Assembly (NCBI GenBank): GCA_029287915.1
Contig: JARFQE010000115.1
Location: 34,969 to 98,968 of the forward strand
From: Arenicellales bacterium
Lineage (GTDB): Bacteria > Pseudomonadota > Gammaproteobacteria > BMS3Bbin11
Direction: 5' to 3'
DNA length: 64,000 nt
Shown here piece after piece: positions 11,612 to 24,039 of the stretch. The first letter of the stretch is position 1; every line of letters begins with the position of its first letter. Position numbers and translations under genes: made by a program. The notes below the pieces were generated by a model. The model did not search any database. It saw nothing but the letters and a program-made list of their open reading frames with translations, and was not told where the DNA came from.

Positions 11612-12988
11612 TTGGCAACCAGTATTACGTCTGCCATCTTATCAATCTCCAGTCTTAAACAGATTCTTCATGATCAACTGTCCTTAGAACAGAACTGTTC
11701 TGTCTACCTGGCATTTAGTGGAGGTCTGGATTCGCACGTACTGCTACATGGACTTTCCCGACTTGCGGCAGATTATCCTTTTTCGCTGAATGCCATCCAT
11801 GTTGACCATTCACTACACAAACAATCTGCTGAATGGGCAAGACATTGCATAAGTATCTGTGATGATCTTGGCGTGCCGCTGACCATCAAAACTGTGACCC
11901 TTGCATATGACCAGGGTCAGAGTCTCGAGGCAGTGGCCAGAGATGCACGTTATACAGCCCTGGCAGAGGTTCTGCCTGATAAAGCTATATGTATGACAGC
12001 TCAGCATATGAATGATCAGACAGAGACCGTTGTGCTTCAGCTACTACGTGGAGCAGGCGTGCATGGCCTCGCGGCCATGCCAGCCAGTAAAGTATTTGCT
12101 ACTGGCAGGCTACTTAGACCGCTACTTGGGTTCACGCGTGATGATTTGCATAGCTATGCCAAAAAACACCAGTTACGCTGGGTAGAAGACCCGAGTAACC
12201 AGAATAATCGTTTCGACCGTAATTTTCTTCGCAATCAGGTCTTACCTGTTCTGCGACAGCGTTGGCCCGGTATGGATAAAAGCATATCTCGCAGTGCTCG
12301 TCATGCTGCTTCTGCTGCAACTATGCTGGATGAAATGGGTTTGTCGGATCTTCTATATTGTAAGGCTAGCTACAACCAGTTTTTTCCACCGGGCATTGCC
12401 GTTTTACGTGCTGATCAATTGGCTGGTCTTTCTCCTGCTCATCAATTAAATGCAATGCGATGCTGGATTCGTATCAATGGAATAGATGTGCCGGGTGATG
12501 AGCGATTACAAAGTGCAAGAAAACTGCTCGATGAGTCACCAGAAAAGGGGTCGGTTCTCTGGCAGCAGGGTGCCTTCAGACTGTATAACAATTTTCTATG
12601 GTTATGTAATAGCCCAGATGTAGTTTTGCCTGCTAATGAAATGATGCACTGGAATCCAGAAAGTCCATTGCATATTAACAAGCAGCAACTGGAATTACGT
12701 GCAAGCAGACTGCCGGGTCAGGGAATTGCATTATCAGTGGTTGAAGGATTTGAATTACAGGTCCGTTTTAGACAGGGCGGGGAGATCTGTCGTATGCCAG
12801 GCGAGCACGGTAGCAAACCTCTGAAAAAACTGTTGCAGGATCTTGCTGTACCGCCCTGGCTGCGTGCGAGTATTCCATTAATCTACCTGCATGAAGATCT
12901 TATTGCTGTTTCATCACTGTGGAGTAATCCTCACTATATACCGGCTGCTAATGAAGAGGGATATATTTTCTCGGTTCACTACCATTAG
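11612..12988 (+). CDS. tilS: tRNA(Ile)-lysidine synthetase TilS
   Basis: 458 aa with the PP-loop motif AFSGGLDS. TTG start at 11612. Follows accA as in E. coli. Confidence 0.75.
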   Translation: MATSITSAILSISSLKQILHDQLSLEQNCSVYLAFSGGLDSHVLLHGLSRLAADYPFSLNAIHVDHSLHKQSAEWARHCISICDDLGVPLTIKTVTLAYDQGQSLEAVARDARYTALAEVLPDKAICMTAQHMNDQTETVVLQLLRGAGVHGLAAMPASKVFATGRLLRPLLGFTRDDLHSYAKKHQLRWVEDPSNQNNRFDRNFLRNQVLPVLRQRWPGMDKSISRSARHAASAATMLDEMGLSDLLYCKASYNQFFPPGIAVLRADQLAGLSPAHQLNAMRCWIRINGIDVPGDERLQSARKLLDESPEKGSVLWQQGAFRLYNNFLWLCNSPDVVLPANEMMHWNPESPLHINKQQLELRASRLPGQGIALSVVEGFELQVRFRQGGEICRMPGEHGSKPLKKLLQDLAVPPWLRASIPLIYLHEDLIAVSSLWSNPHYIPAANEEGYIFSVHYH

Positions 12989-13063
12989 TCCGTAACATGC
13001 TTTTTTGTTCAGTGAAGGTGCAGATTAGTATTTTTACCCTGCAGTCGCTAAACTTTTACCTGA

Positions 13064-15642
<2,579 letters not shown>

Positions 15643-15693
15643 TAATCAGGTATAGTTTGATCCTGCTCCGGGCCAATGTGTGATTTTCCCACG

Positions 15694-15724
15694 TATAATT
15701 TATCAGGATTTTACGGTAAAATCC
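15694..15724 (+). promoter_or_regulatory. Perfect TATAAT hexamer followed by a 19-bp palindrome, GGATTTTAC-g-GTAAAATCC, upstream of eno. Read as a candidate promoter plus operator.
   Basis: TATAAT at 15694-15699. Palindrome arms at 15706-15714 and 15716-15724 with a single central base, so it reads as a dimer-binding site rather than a hairpin. Confidence 0.35.
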
Positions 15725-15760
15725 GGCTCCACTCGAAATCGATCTGAAAATAATATGTAG

Positions 15761-17083
<1,323 letters not shown>

Positions 17084-17169
17084 TATTATCAGATAGTTAT
17101 TGTATATTTTATAAAGAAATTTCTTAACTCTATCCAGTGCTTGGCACGAAACAGGAGACAGAAGTGGGC

Positions 17170-17439
17170 ATGAAACTTCTGCTGACAAGTGGAATTGTTC
17201 TCGTTGTTTTGCTCAGCTATACCCTTACCCTCGGTAAAGGTGGATTGCTGGATATCTGGAACATGAAGCGTGATATCTCCACACAACAGGAACAAAATGA
17301 TCGGCTGAAAATGCGCAACCGTGAACTGGCTGGAGAAATCGTCAATCTGCAGAAAGGAACCGAAGCGATTGAAGAAAGAGCACGTAGTGATCTGGGTCTG
17401 ATCCGGCCTGATGAAGTATTTGTGCAGATAATTGAATAG
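17170..17439 (+). CDS. ftsB: Cell division protein FtsB
   Basis: About 90 aa, single N-terminal TM then coiled coil. Conserved position after eno. An alternative start lies at 17137. Confidence 0.8.
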   Translation: MKLLLTSGIVLVVLLSYTLTLGKGGLLDIWNMKRDISTQQEQNDRLKMRNRELAGEIVNLQKGTEAIEERARSDLGLIRPDEVFVQIIE

Positions 17440-17541
17440 TTACTAATTTGCAATCTGATCACTCCCTGGACTTCTCAGCAAGTGCTGAGAGTACAAATAG
17501 CACTAAATATCACAACCAAAAAAGCGACATATTTAAAAACG

Positions 17542-18078
17542 ATGGTCAATTCACAAACAGAGAAACAAAATTTGCATAATTCCTCATCGACGGGCCGGAA
17601 ATCATTGATCGCTATTGCTTTCATTAGCGGGATCCTTGTCGCTGTTTTTATGACGTATTTTATGTACAGGATGGTTTCCCTGATGGAACATATGACGGGT
17701 CATGTAGCTGACATGTCCGCCAGTATGTCCTCGATGAATAAGGTGATGATACATATGGGGGACGATGTACATAATATGCAGGATGTAGTGTCAGACATCT
17801 CCATGCGGATTATGCTGATGGATAGTCATATGTTCACAATGAATAAGACTATTTCTACAATTCAGACACGATTGGCAGACAGTCTGGGCCACATGACTGA
17901 TGATATGGACGTGATGACGGCTGATGTCCATGCTCTGTCTCAGTCAGTTAATCTGATGTCATCGAGTGTCCATAATATGAGTCAGGATATGCATCGAATG
18001 GGTTATGATATCTACAGGGGTAGTAGTTCGTACACATCGCCCCCTTCTTTTATACGCAACATGATGAACCCTCGTTAG
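17542..18078 (+). CDS. Hypothetical His/Met-rich repeat protein with one N-terminal TM helix
   Basis: After the TM segment LIAIAFISGILVAVFMTYFMY come about 5 degenerate repeats of about 21-27 aa, each starting HM. About 20 Met and 9 His fall in about 110 aa with 3-4-3-4 heptad-like Met spacing. Start uncertain: GTG 17482 or ATG 17542, and neither has a clear SD. Confidence 0.5.
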   Translation: MVNSQTEKQNLHNSSSTGRKSLIAIAFISGILVAVFMTYFMYRMVSLMEHMTGHVADMSASMSSMNKVMIHMGDDVHNMQDVVSDISMRIMLMDSHMFTMNKTISTIQTRLADSLGHMTDDMDVMTADVHALSQSVNLMSSSVHNMSQDMHRMGYDIYRGSSSYTSPPSFIRNMMNPR

Positions 18079-18106
18079 CAATGACGCTGCTGAACGGAAA
18101 AGATAA

Positions 18107-18748
18107 ATGACCTCTTTCAGAAGAATATATTTAATCACCACACTGTCAATTCTCTCGTTGCTCACCAGCGTAGATCCGGCACTTGCCGAACAGCATGAGC
18201 TCGACGAATTTACCATACAGAGCCGCAAGTATGCCGCAGATTTCATGGCGTCGTTGAAACGCATGCGCCGTATTGATGTTGAAACTGTAGGTGTTTCTTC
18301 AACTTTAGAAACATGCGGACATCACAGCCCACAGCTCTATTATGAATTTTCAGTAAAAAACAACATCGTACTACGCCGGGTCAGTCTTGCACCACGTAAT
18401 CCTGTTCTTGGCAGTGCCGATGCCTGGGAACAGGCCGGACTTCTTAAAATGCAGAAAATGCTGAAGGACGGTGTCAAGCCGGATGAGATGGAGATCGTTG
18501 AGCTGGTACAGGAGCCCGCTAATCAGTACTTCCGCTATCTACAACCCATTATTGCTGAACCGGGTTGCCTGAAATGTCATGGCTCTGAAAAAGATATGGC
18601 CATGGAAGCCAGCGACGCGTTAAAACTCTTTTATCCTAAAGATAGAGCAAACGGCTATAAAGACAATGATCTGGTCGGAGCTATTTCTATAAAAAGAGCT
18701 AAAGGAGTTGCAGCACCACGTCATCATGCAGCACCACCACAGCATTAG
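18107..18748 (+). CDS. Secreted DUF3365 (Tll0287-like) protein with a CxxCH heme c motif
   Basis: Signal peptide ending ALA-EQ. The CLKCH motif sits in a context typical of DUF3365 c-type heme family proteins. Follows the His/Met-rich gene after a 28-nt gap. Confidence 0.6.
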   Translation: MTSFRRIYLITTLSILSLLTSVDPALAEQHELDEFTIQSRKYAADFMASLKRMRRIDVETVGVSSTLETCGHHSPQLYYEFSVKNNIVLRRVSLAPRNPVLGSADAWEQAGLLKMQKMLKDGVKPDEMEIVELVQEPANQYFRYLQPIIAEPGCLKCHGSEKDMAMEASDALKLFYPKDRANGYKDNDLVGAISIKRAKGVAAPRHHAAPPQH

Positions 18749-18955
18749 GCAGTCTCGTTATTTGCTTTTTTTCAGCTTTCCAACTCTATTGTTCGAACAC
18801 CGGACAAAAAACAGACATTCGCCAGATTAACTATTGTGTGTCATTCAGAAGACTGAACCTCAGCTAATGACCCTGATGCGTCGCGCTGCCAACAATAAAC
18901 TGCCAACAATAAATCCATGGTCGTTGGACAGGTTTAACAATCCGATTCAGTCTTG

Positions 18956-19915
18956 TCACTGTTGATTTTCCGTGTCAATGATAGTGTATGGCTGCGTGCC
19001 GACAATTACCTTATCACCATCAATATCGCCTAGCCTGAAATCAGCGTTTCCAGATACAGCTTCTGTTTGCAATACCAGTTGCAGAATTTGACCTGAGTTC
19101 ATGTTTGAGGCCTGGACGACGGTCCCGGCTTGCTTGTCTTTCTGTTCCGCAATATAGATCTTGTCACCGGGTTTGGCGGGCTTTGTGGCAGGCGTTGTTG
19201 CCACGAACATACGTTGCTTGATTTTGCCAAGGTAATGTACACGGGCGACCACTTCCTGGCCCGGATAACAGCCCTTCTTAAAATTAACTGCTCCGATTAG
19301 GTCCAGGTTCACCATCTGTGGCACGAAGGCCTCAAGGGTTGCTGTGACAATGGCAGGAATACCCGCCTGGATATCAAGCTGTGTCCAGTTATTTCTGTCT
19401 GCGGGATCCAGTGGCAGTCTATCTATCCTTTCAGGATCGGTGATATACAGATAGCGCCCCATCTCCTCGTTGATCGTCAGCATGTACGTATTGTCTAGCG
19501 CGACAAGTTTGCCGCTTGCTTTTTCTGTCACCAGGCCGTTATCAGAAAGCACATCTGCAGCGCTGACGACGCCGGCGATATATAGCTGCTCATGCTGAGG
19601 AGAAATAGTGACATCATCTCTCATCACAAACATACGCAGGCGAGGAAGGATGCTCTCACAGATTTCAGCCGGGAGAATCAACAGGTATTCATTGTCGTTG
19701 ATCCGAGCTATGGTCATGAATGCAAGCAGGCGGCCTTTTGGTGTGCAGTAGCCGCTGTACTGCCAGGAATTTACTGGAAGGCCAGCCAGATCATTGGTGA
19801 ACTGTGCATGGAGGAATTTGGTCGCATCCTTACCAGTGACGAACAGTACTGTCAGGTCATCGAGATTAATGATTTGATGCGGTTTGTTTATGTTCATATT
19901 TTGTTGTTTTGTCAT
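18956..19915 (-). CDS. ygfZ: Folate-binding Fe-S cluster repair/tRNA-modification protein YgfZ (GcvT-like)
   Basis: 319 aa with the KGCYPGQE signature of the YgfZ family. Convergent with the DUF3365 gene. Confidence 0.8.
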   Translation of the reverse strand: MTKQQNMNINKPHQIINLDDLTVLFVTGKDATKFLHAQFTNDLAGLPVNSWQYSGYCTPKGRLLAFMTIARINDNEYLLILPAEICESILPRLRMFVMRDDVTISPQHEQLYIAGVVSAADVLSDNGLVTEKASGKLVALDNTYMLTINEEMGRYLYITDPERIDRLPLDPADRNNWTQLDIQAGIPAIVTATLEAFVPQMVNLDLIGAVNFKKGCYPGQEVVARVHYLGKIKQRMFVATTPATKPAKPGDKIYIAEQKDKQAGTVVQASNMNSGQILQLVLQTEAVSGNADFRLGDIDGDKVIVGTQPYTIIDTENQQ

Positions 19916-20156
19916 GTAGTGTGCGAATTATAATACATAATTAATTTGCAACATCGAGAAGCAGACGAAAGTGTTAATTTTTTGTGTTTTTCATGTATGC
20001 TAGGCTCAGAGTCATCCACAAGTCATAAAATGATTTTCTTCCTAGTTAACTGCATAGAAAAAATACATTGAAAAATTGATTGTAATGGAAACAAATGTCA
20101 TCGAACACTGTCAAATAATGTGATTACATGAGACAGCTAATGAACTTTGAACAGAG

Positions 20157-20549
20157 ATGGTATTGATGAAGCAGGCTGCTCAACGTCCAGTTTTTTTGAA
20201 TTTGCTACAGATTCGATTACCAATCGGCGGTGTATTATCTATCCTGCACCGCATTAGCGGTGTGTTACTGATACTGGCGATTCCCGCTTTTATATATTTA
20301 TTACAGATGTTAGGCGGTGGTCCACAGGGCTTTGTACAGGCACAGTCGCATTTGCATTCGATTTCCGGAAAGATTCTAGTCAGTCTTATTGTTTGGGTGC
20401 TGATTCAGCATTCCCTCAGTGGAATTCGTCATCTGCTGATGGATATGGATTTTGGTTATGACAAATTTCTTGCACGCAAAACAGCAAGACTGGCCTTCGT
20501 TCTCAGTTTTCTTCTTATCACCCTGACGGGGGTCCTGATATGGCTGTAG
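20157..20549 (+). CDS. sdhC: Succinate dehydrogenase cytochrome b556 subunit SdhC
   Basis: 130 aa with 3 TM helices and a His-containing SdhC-like N-terminus (LSILHRISG). Confidence 0.85.
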   Translation: MVLMKQAAQRPVFLNLLQIRLPIGGVLSILHRISGVLLILAIPAFIYLLQMLGGGPQGFVQAQSHLHSISGKILVSLIVWVLIQHSLSGIRHLLMDMDFGYDKFLARKTARLAFVLSFLLITLTGVLIWL

Positions 20550-20893
20550 GTATGAGTGAGCGAGGCAGTATTCGTTCCGGGCTTGGTGAATGGGTCGTGC
20601 AGCGCCTGACCGCGGTGTATATCTTATTTTTCATTTTAATTGCACTGATTCGCTTTTCTGTCTGGCCAGTAACTCAATATGAAGACTGGTTGGCGCTTTC
20701 ATCGAGTGTGTTATATCAAATTACTACGCTGCTGTTCATCTTTAGCCTGTTGGCTCATGCCTGGTTAGGCCTGAAGAGTGTTTTCCTCGATTACGTCCAT
20801 TCATGGCGGTTACGCTTTTATCTGCTGATGGCTGTGGCTGGTTTGTTGCTGGCTTGTGCTATTTGGGCTTTACTGGTTGTTGGCACGCAATGA
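20540..20893 (+). CDS. sdhD: Succinate dehydrogenase membrane anchor SdhD
   Basis: 117 aa hydrophobic protein overlapping the sdhC stop. Confidence 0.85.
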   Translation: MAVGMSERGSIRSGLGEWVVQRLTAVYILFFILIALIRFSVWPVTQYEDWLALSSSVLYQITTLLFIFSLLAHAWLGLKSVFLDYVHSWRLRFYLLMAVAGLLLACAIWALLVVGTQ

Positions 20894-22662
20894 TTCAGAA
20901 TATTGAGAAAAGAAGATTTGATTGTCTGGTTATAGGCGCTGGAGGTGCGGGACTACGTGCCGCCCTGCAGCTGGCCCAGGCGGATTTGCATGTTGCGGTG
21001 GTGTCCAAGGTCTTTCCGACCCGTTCACATACCGTAGCAGCTCAGGGCGGCATGAATGCTGCATTGGGTAATGTTACGCCAGACAATTGGCACTGGCATA
21101 TGTATGACACGGTAAAAGGCAGTGATTACCTCGGTGACCAGGATGCCATCGAGTATATGTGTCGTGCGGCATCAAGGCTGGTGATTGAACTTGAGCATTA
21201 TGGTGTGCCTTTTACCAGGCTTGAGAATGGGAGGATTTACCAGCGTCCATTTGGCGGGCAGAGCCAGAACTATGGTGGAGATCAGGCAGCACGGACCTGT
21301 GCCGCGGCTGATCGCACCGGACATGCAATACTACAGTCACTCTATCAACAAAATCTGCATGCGCGGACACATTTCTTTGACGAGTATTTTGCAACTGATT
21401 TACTGATCTCCGAGCAGGGGGTCACCCAGGGCGCAATGGTAATTGACATCGCGTCCGGAGAGCCATTGATTATTGAAGCCAAAACGACCTTGCTTGCTAC
21501 CGGTGGTTCAGCTCGAATTTTCCGCAATAGTACCAATGCAATGATCAATACCGGTGATGGTATGGCAATGGTCTTGCGCGCCGGTTTACCCATCCAGGAC
21601 ATGGAGTTTGTGCAGTTTCACCCAACAGGTGTAGCTGGTCTGGGAATGTTGATTTCAGAGGCGTCGCGTGGTGAAGGCGGCTATCTGATCAACAGGGATG
21701 GTGAGCGCTTTATGGAACGCTATGCCCCTCATGCACTGGACCTGGCTTCCCGTGATGTGGTTTCTCGTGCAATTGCAACCGAGATACGAGAGGGCAGGGG
21801 CTGTGGTGAGAATGCCGATCATGTATTGCTGCAGTTAAATCATCTTGATAGAGATATTGTAATTAACAGGCTACCGGGTATCAGGGATTTATCATTGCGT
21901 TTTGCCGGTGTAGATCCGGTCGATACACCGATACCGGTGTTCCCCACTGCACATTACACCATGGGTGGAATACCTACAAACAGAATGGGGCAGGTCGTTG
22001 CCCCGGTGCATCATGCGCCAGAAGAGGCACAGCAGGGTCTTTATGCGATAGGCGAATGTGCCTGTGTATCAGTGCATGGAGCAAATCGTCTGGGCGGTAA
22101 TTCACTGCTGGATATAGTCGTTTTTGGCAGGGCGGCAGGAAACCATATAATCGAGTTTCTCGCTGATAATCGTTTCCATACCCCTTTGAATGAAGATTCT
22201 ATTGATCAGGCAATGAATCATATCCAGCGTTGGGACAGAAAAGGTAAAGGGGAGTCTGTAGCCGCGATGACAACGGAAATGCGTTTATTGATGGAGCAGT
22301 ACTGTGGTGTTTTCCGGACCCAGGAAGTGCTTGATGAAGGTGTTATAAAAATACGCGAATTGTATGATCGTCTAAATAGTGTACGGCTCGGTGATCACAG
22401 TAAGACTTTTAATACTGCACGCTTTGAAGCCTTTGAACTGGAAAATCAGCTCGAAGTGGCAATGGCTACTATGCTATCAGCGGCTGCGCGTAAAGAAAGC
22501 CGCGGTGCCCATTCAAGACTCGATTTCCCTGAGCGCAATGATCGCGAATGGATGAAACATACTCTTTATTTCAATCGTGATGGTGGAGTACTGGATTACA
22601 AGCCAGTTCGCACACAACCACTGAGCGTTGATTCTTTCCCGCCAGTAGAAAGGGTGTACTGA
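20890..22662 (+). CDS. sdhA: Succinate dehydrogenase flavoprotein subunit SdhA
   Basis: Starts MIQNIEKRRFDCLVIGAGGAG (FAD-binding GxGxxG) at ATG 20890, overlapping the sdhD stop (ATGA). The ORF track start at 20803 is an upstream extension. Confidence 0.95.
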   Translation: MIQNIEKRRFDCLVIGAGGAGLRAALQLAQADLHVAVVSKVFPTRSHTVAAQGGMNAALGNVTPDNWHWHMYDTVKGSDYLGDQDAIEYMCRAASRLVIELEHYGVPFTRLENGRIYQRPFGGQSQNYGGDQAARTCAAADRTGHAILQSLYQQNLHARTHFFDEYFATDLLISEQGVTQGAMVIDIASGEPLIIEAKTTLLATGGSARIFRNSTNAMINTGDGMAMVLRAGLPIQDMEFVQFHPTGVAGLGMLISEASRGEGGYLINRDGERFMERYAPHALDLASRDVVSRAIATEIREGRGCGENADHVLLQLNHLDRDIVINRLPGIRDLSLRFAGVDPVDTPIPVFPTAHYTMGGIPTNRMGQVVAPVHHAPEEAQQGLYAIGECACVSVHGANRLGGNSLLDIVVFGRAAGNHIIEFLADNRFHTPLNEDSIDQAMNHIQRWDRKGKGESVAAMTTEMRLLMEQYCGVFRTQEVLDEGVIKIRELYDRLNSVRLGDHSKTFNTARFEAFELENQLEVAMATMLSAAARKESRGAHSRLDFPERNDREWMKHTLYFNRDGGVLDYKPVRTQPLSVDSFPPVERVY

Positions 22663-22663
22663 C

Positions 22664-23368
22664 ATGATACGGTTTTCGATATACCGTTTTGACCCGGAGA
22701 AAGATCAACAGCCTTACATGCAGGAGTACGAGCTCGATGAGGCAGAGCTGGCTGGCCGTCAGATGCTGTTAGATGCCCTGCTGTTATTAAAAGAAAAGGA
22801 TGAGAGTCTGTCATTCCGGCGTTCCTGCCGTGAAGGAGTCTGTGGTTCAGATGCGATGAATATAAATGGCAGCAATGGCCTTGCCTGTATTACCCCTATA
22901 GCTGGTCTGAAGCAGCCAATAACGCTTAATCCGTTGCCTGGTATACCGGTATTCAGGGATCTGATTGTAGATATGGAGCCTTTTTATCGGCAGTATCGCA
23001 GTGTCAAACCATGGCTTATCAATGATGAACCGGAACCTGAAATTGAACGTCTGCAATCGGTCAAGGACAGGAAGCAACTGGATGGACTTTATGAGTGTAT
23101 TCTGTGCGGCTGTTGTTCGACTGCATGCCCGTCATTCTGGTGGAATCCAGACAAGTATCTGGGGCCTGCAGCGTTGCTTCAGTCCTATCGGTTCCTGGTC
23201 GACTCGCGTGACAAGGCAACCAATGAACGTCTTGATGAACTGGAGGATCCATTTCGTTTATTTCGCTGTCACAGTATTATGAATTGCGTTGAAGCCTGTC
23301 CCCGTGACCTTAACCCTGCTGAAGCAATTCACAAAATCCGCAAAATGTTACTGGCACGTTCCAGTTAG
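22664..23368 (+). CDS. sdhB: Succinate dehydrogenase iron-sulfur subunit SdhB
   Basis: 234 aa with 2Fe-2S and 4Fe-4S/3Fe-4S cysteine motifs (CxxxxCxxC... and CILCGCCSTAC). Confidence 0.95.
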   Translation: MIRFSIYRFDPEKDQQPYMQEYELDEAELAGRQMLLDALLLLKEKDESLSFRRSCREGVCGSDAMNINGSNGLACITPIAGLKQPITLNPLPGIPVFRDLIVDMEPFYRQYRSVKPWLINDEPEPEIERLQSVKDRKQLDGLYECILCGCCSTACPSFWWNPDKYLGPAALLQSYRFLVDSRDKATNERLDELEDPFRLFRCHSIMNCVEACPRDLNPAEAIHKIRKMLLARSS

Positions 23369-23378
23369 CTAAGGGTAC

Positions 23379-23621
23379 ATGACGCAAGTCCCGGGCAGAC
23401 TCCGTTGGCAATGCCGTCGAGGCATGCTGGAACTGGATATTATCCTGAACCGGTTTGTTGATCAGTACTGGCAGGATCTTGATAAGGAGCTCAAAGCAGA
23501 ATTTGAAATGTTGCTGCGCTACCCTGACCAGCAATTACAGAAATGGCTTTGTGAAGGCAAGGAGGCCGAATATGAAGTCGCAAACATTGTTAACAGACTA
23601 TCGTCAACGAATAGTCATTAA
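23379..23621 (+). CDS. sdhE: FAD assembly factor SdhE (YgfY, DUF339)
   Basis: 80 aa with the RGxxE motif (RRGMLELD) of the SdhE family. Directly follows sdhB. Confidence 0.8.
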   Translation: MTQVPGRLRWQCRRGMLELDIILNRFVDQYWQDLDKELKAEFEMLLRYPDQQLQKWLCEGKEAEYEVANIVNRLSSTNSH

Positions 23622-24006
23622 TCCTGTTAGATCACGAAAAATACTACTTCTGATAATCAGTCTTCATCTTGTGGCGTTATGGTTGCTGCTATTTATTGAT
23701 CTAGCACCCTGGTTATTATCAGTGATTGCAGGTTTGATTGTATTCAACCAGTATCAGTACTTTAGTTCAGATAAGTCACATACCCATAGACTTAGCCTGC
23801 GACAGGGCGAAGCGATACTGCTGAAAATGGACAACGGCTCGTGGCAGGAAATTGATGTTATTGAAAGCTTTGTCACGCCCTGGTTGATAGTTCTAAAGGT
23901 AAGGACCCTGAAAGATTTAAAGCTGTTTTCACTGGTGTATGCAACGGACTCAATGGATATGCCATCGTTCAGGCGACTGCGGATTTACCTGAATCTATAT
24001 TTGTAG
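23572..24006 (+). CDS. ygfX: YgfX/CptA-like inner membrane protein (DUF1434)
   Basis: Two TM helices then a soluble tail, the same architecture and position as E. coli ygfX after sdhE. The only in-frame start is ATG 23572, which overlaps sdhE by 50 nt. Confidence 0.6.
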   Translation: MKSQTLLTDYRQRIVINPVRSRKILLLIISLHLVALWLLLFIDLAPWLLSVIAGLIVFNQYQYFSSDKSHTHRLSLRQGEAILLKMDNGSWQEIDVIESFVTPWLIVLKVRTLKDLKLFSLVYATDSMDMPSFRRLRIYLNLYL

Positions 24007-24039
24007 TCTTTAGCGACTGAAATACAGCAGTGAAATATG

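Noticed and set aside
17471-17486. Small hairpin CTCAGCaagtGCTGAG after ftsB as a terminator
   Set aside because: The stem is only 6 bp with no following U-run, and it overlaps the GTG candidate start of the next gene. It is probably insignificant.
18880-18910. Tandem 14-bp repeat CTGCCAACAATAAA x2 between the DUF3365 gene and ygfZ
   Set aside because: Only two copies in a convergent intergenic region, with no further structure. Likely a chance duplication.
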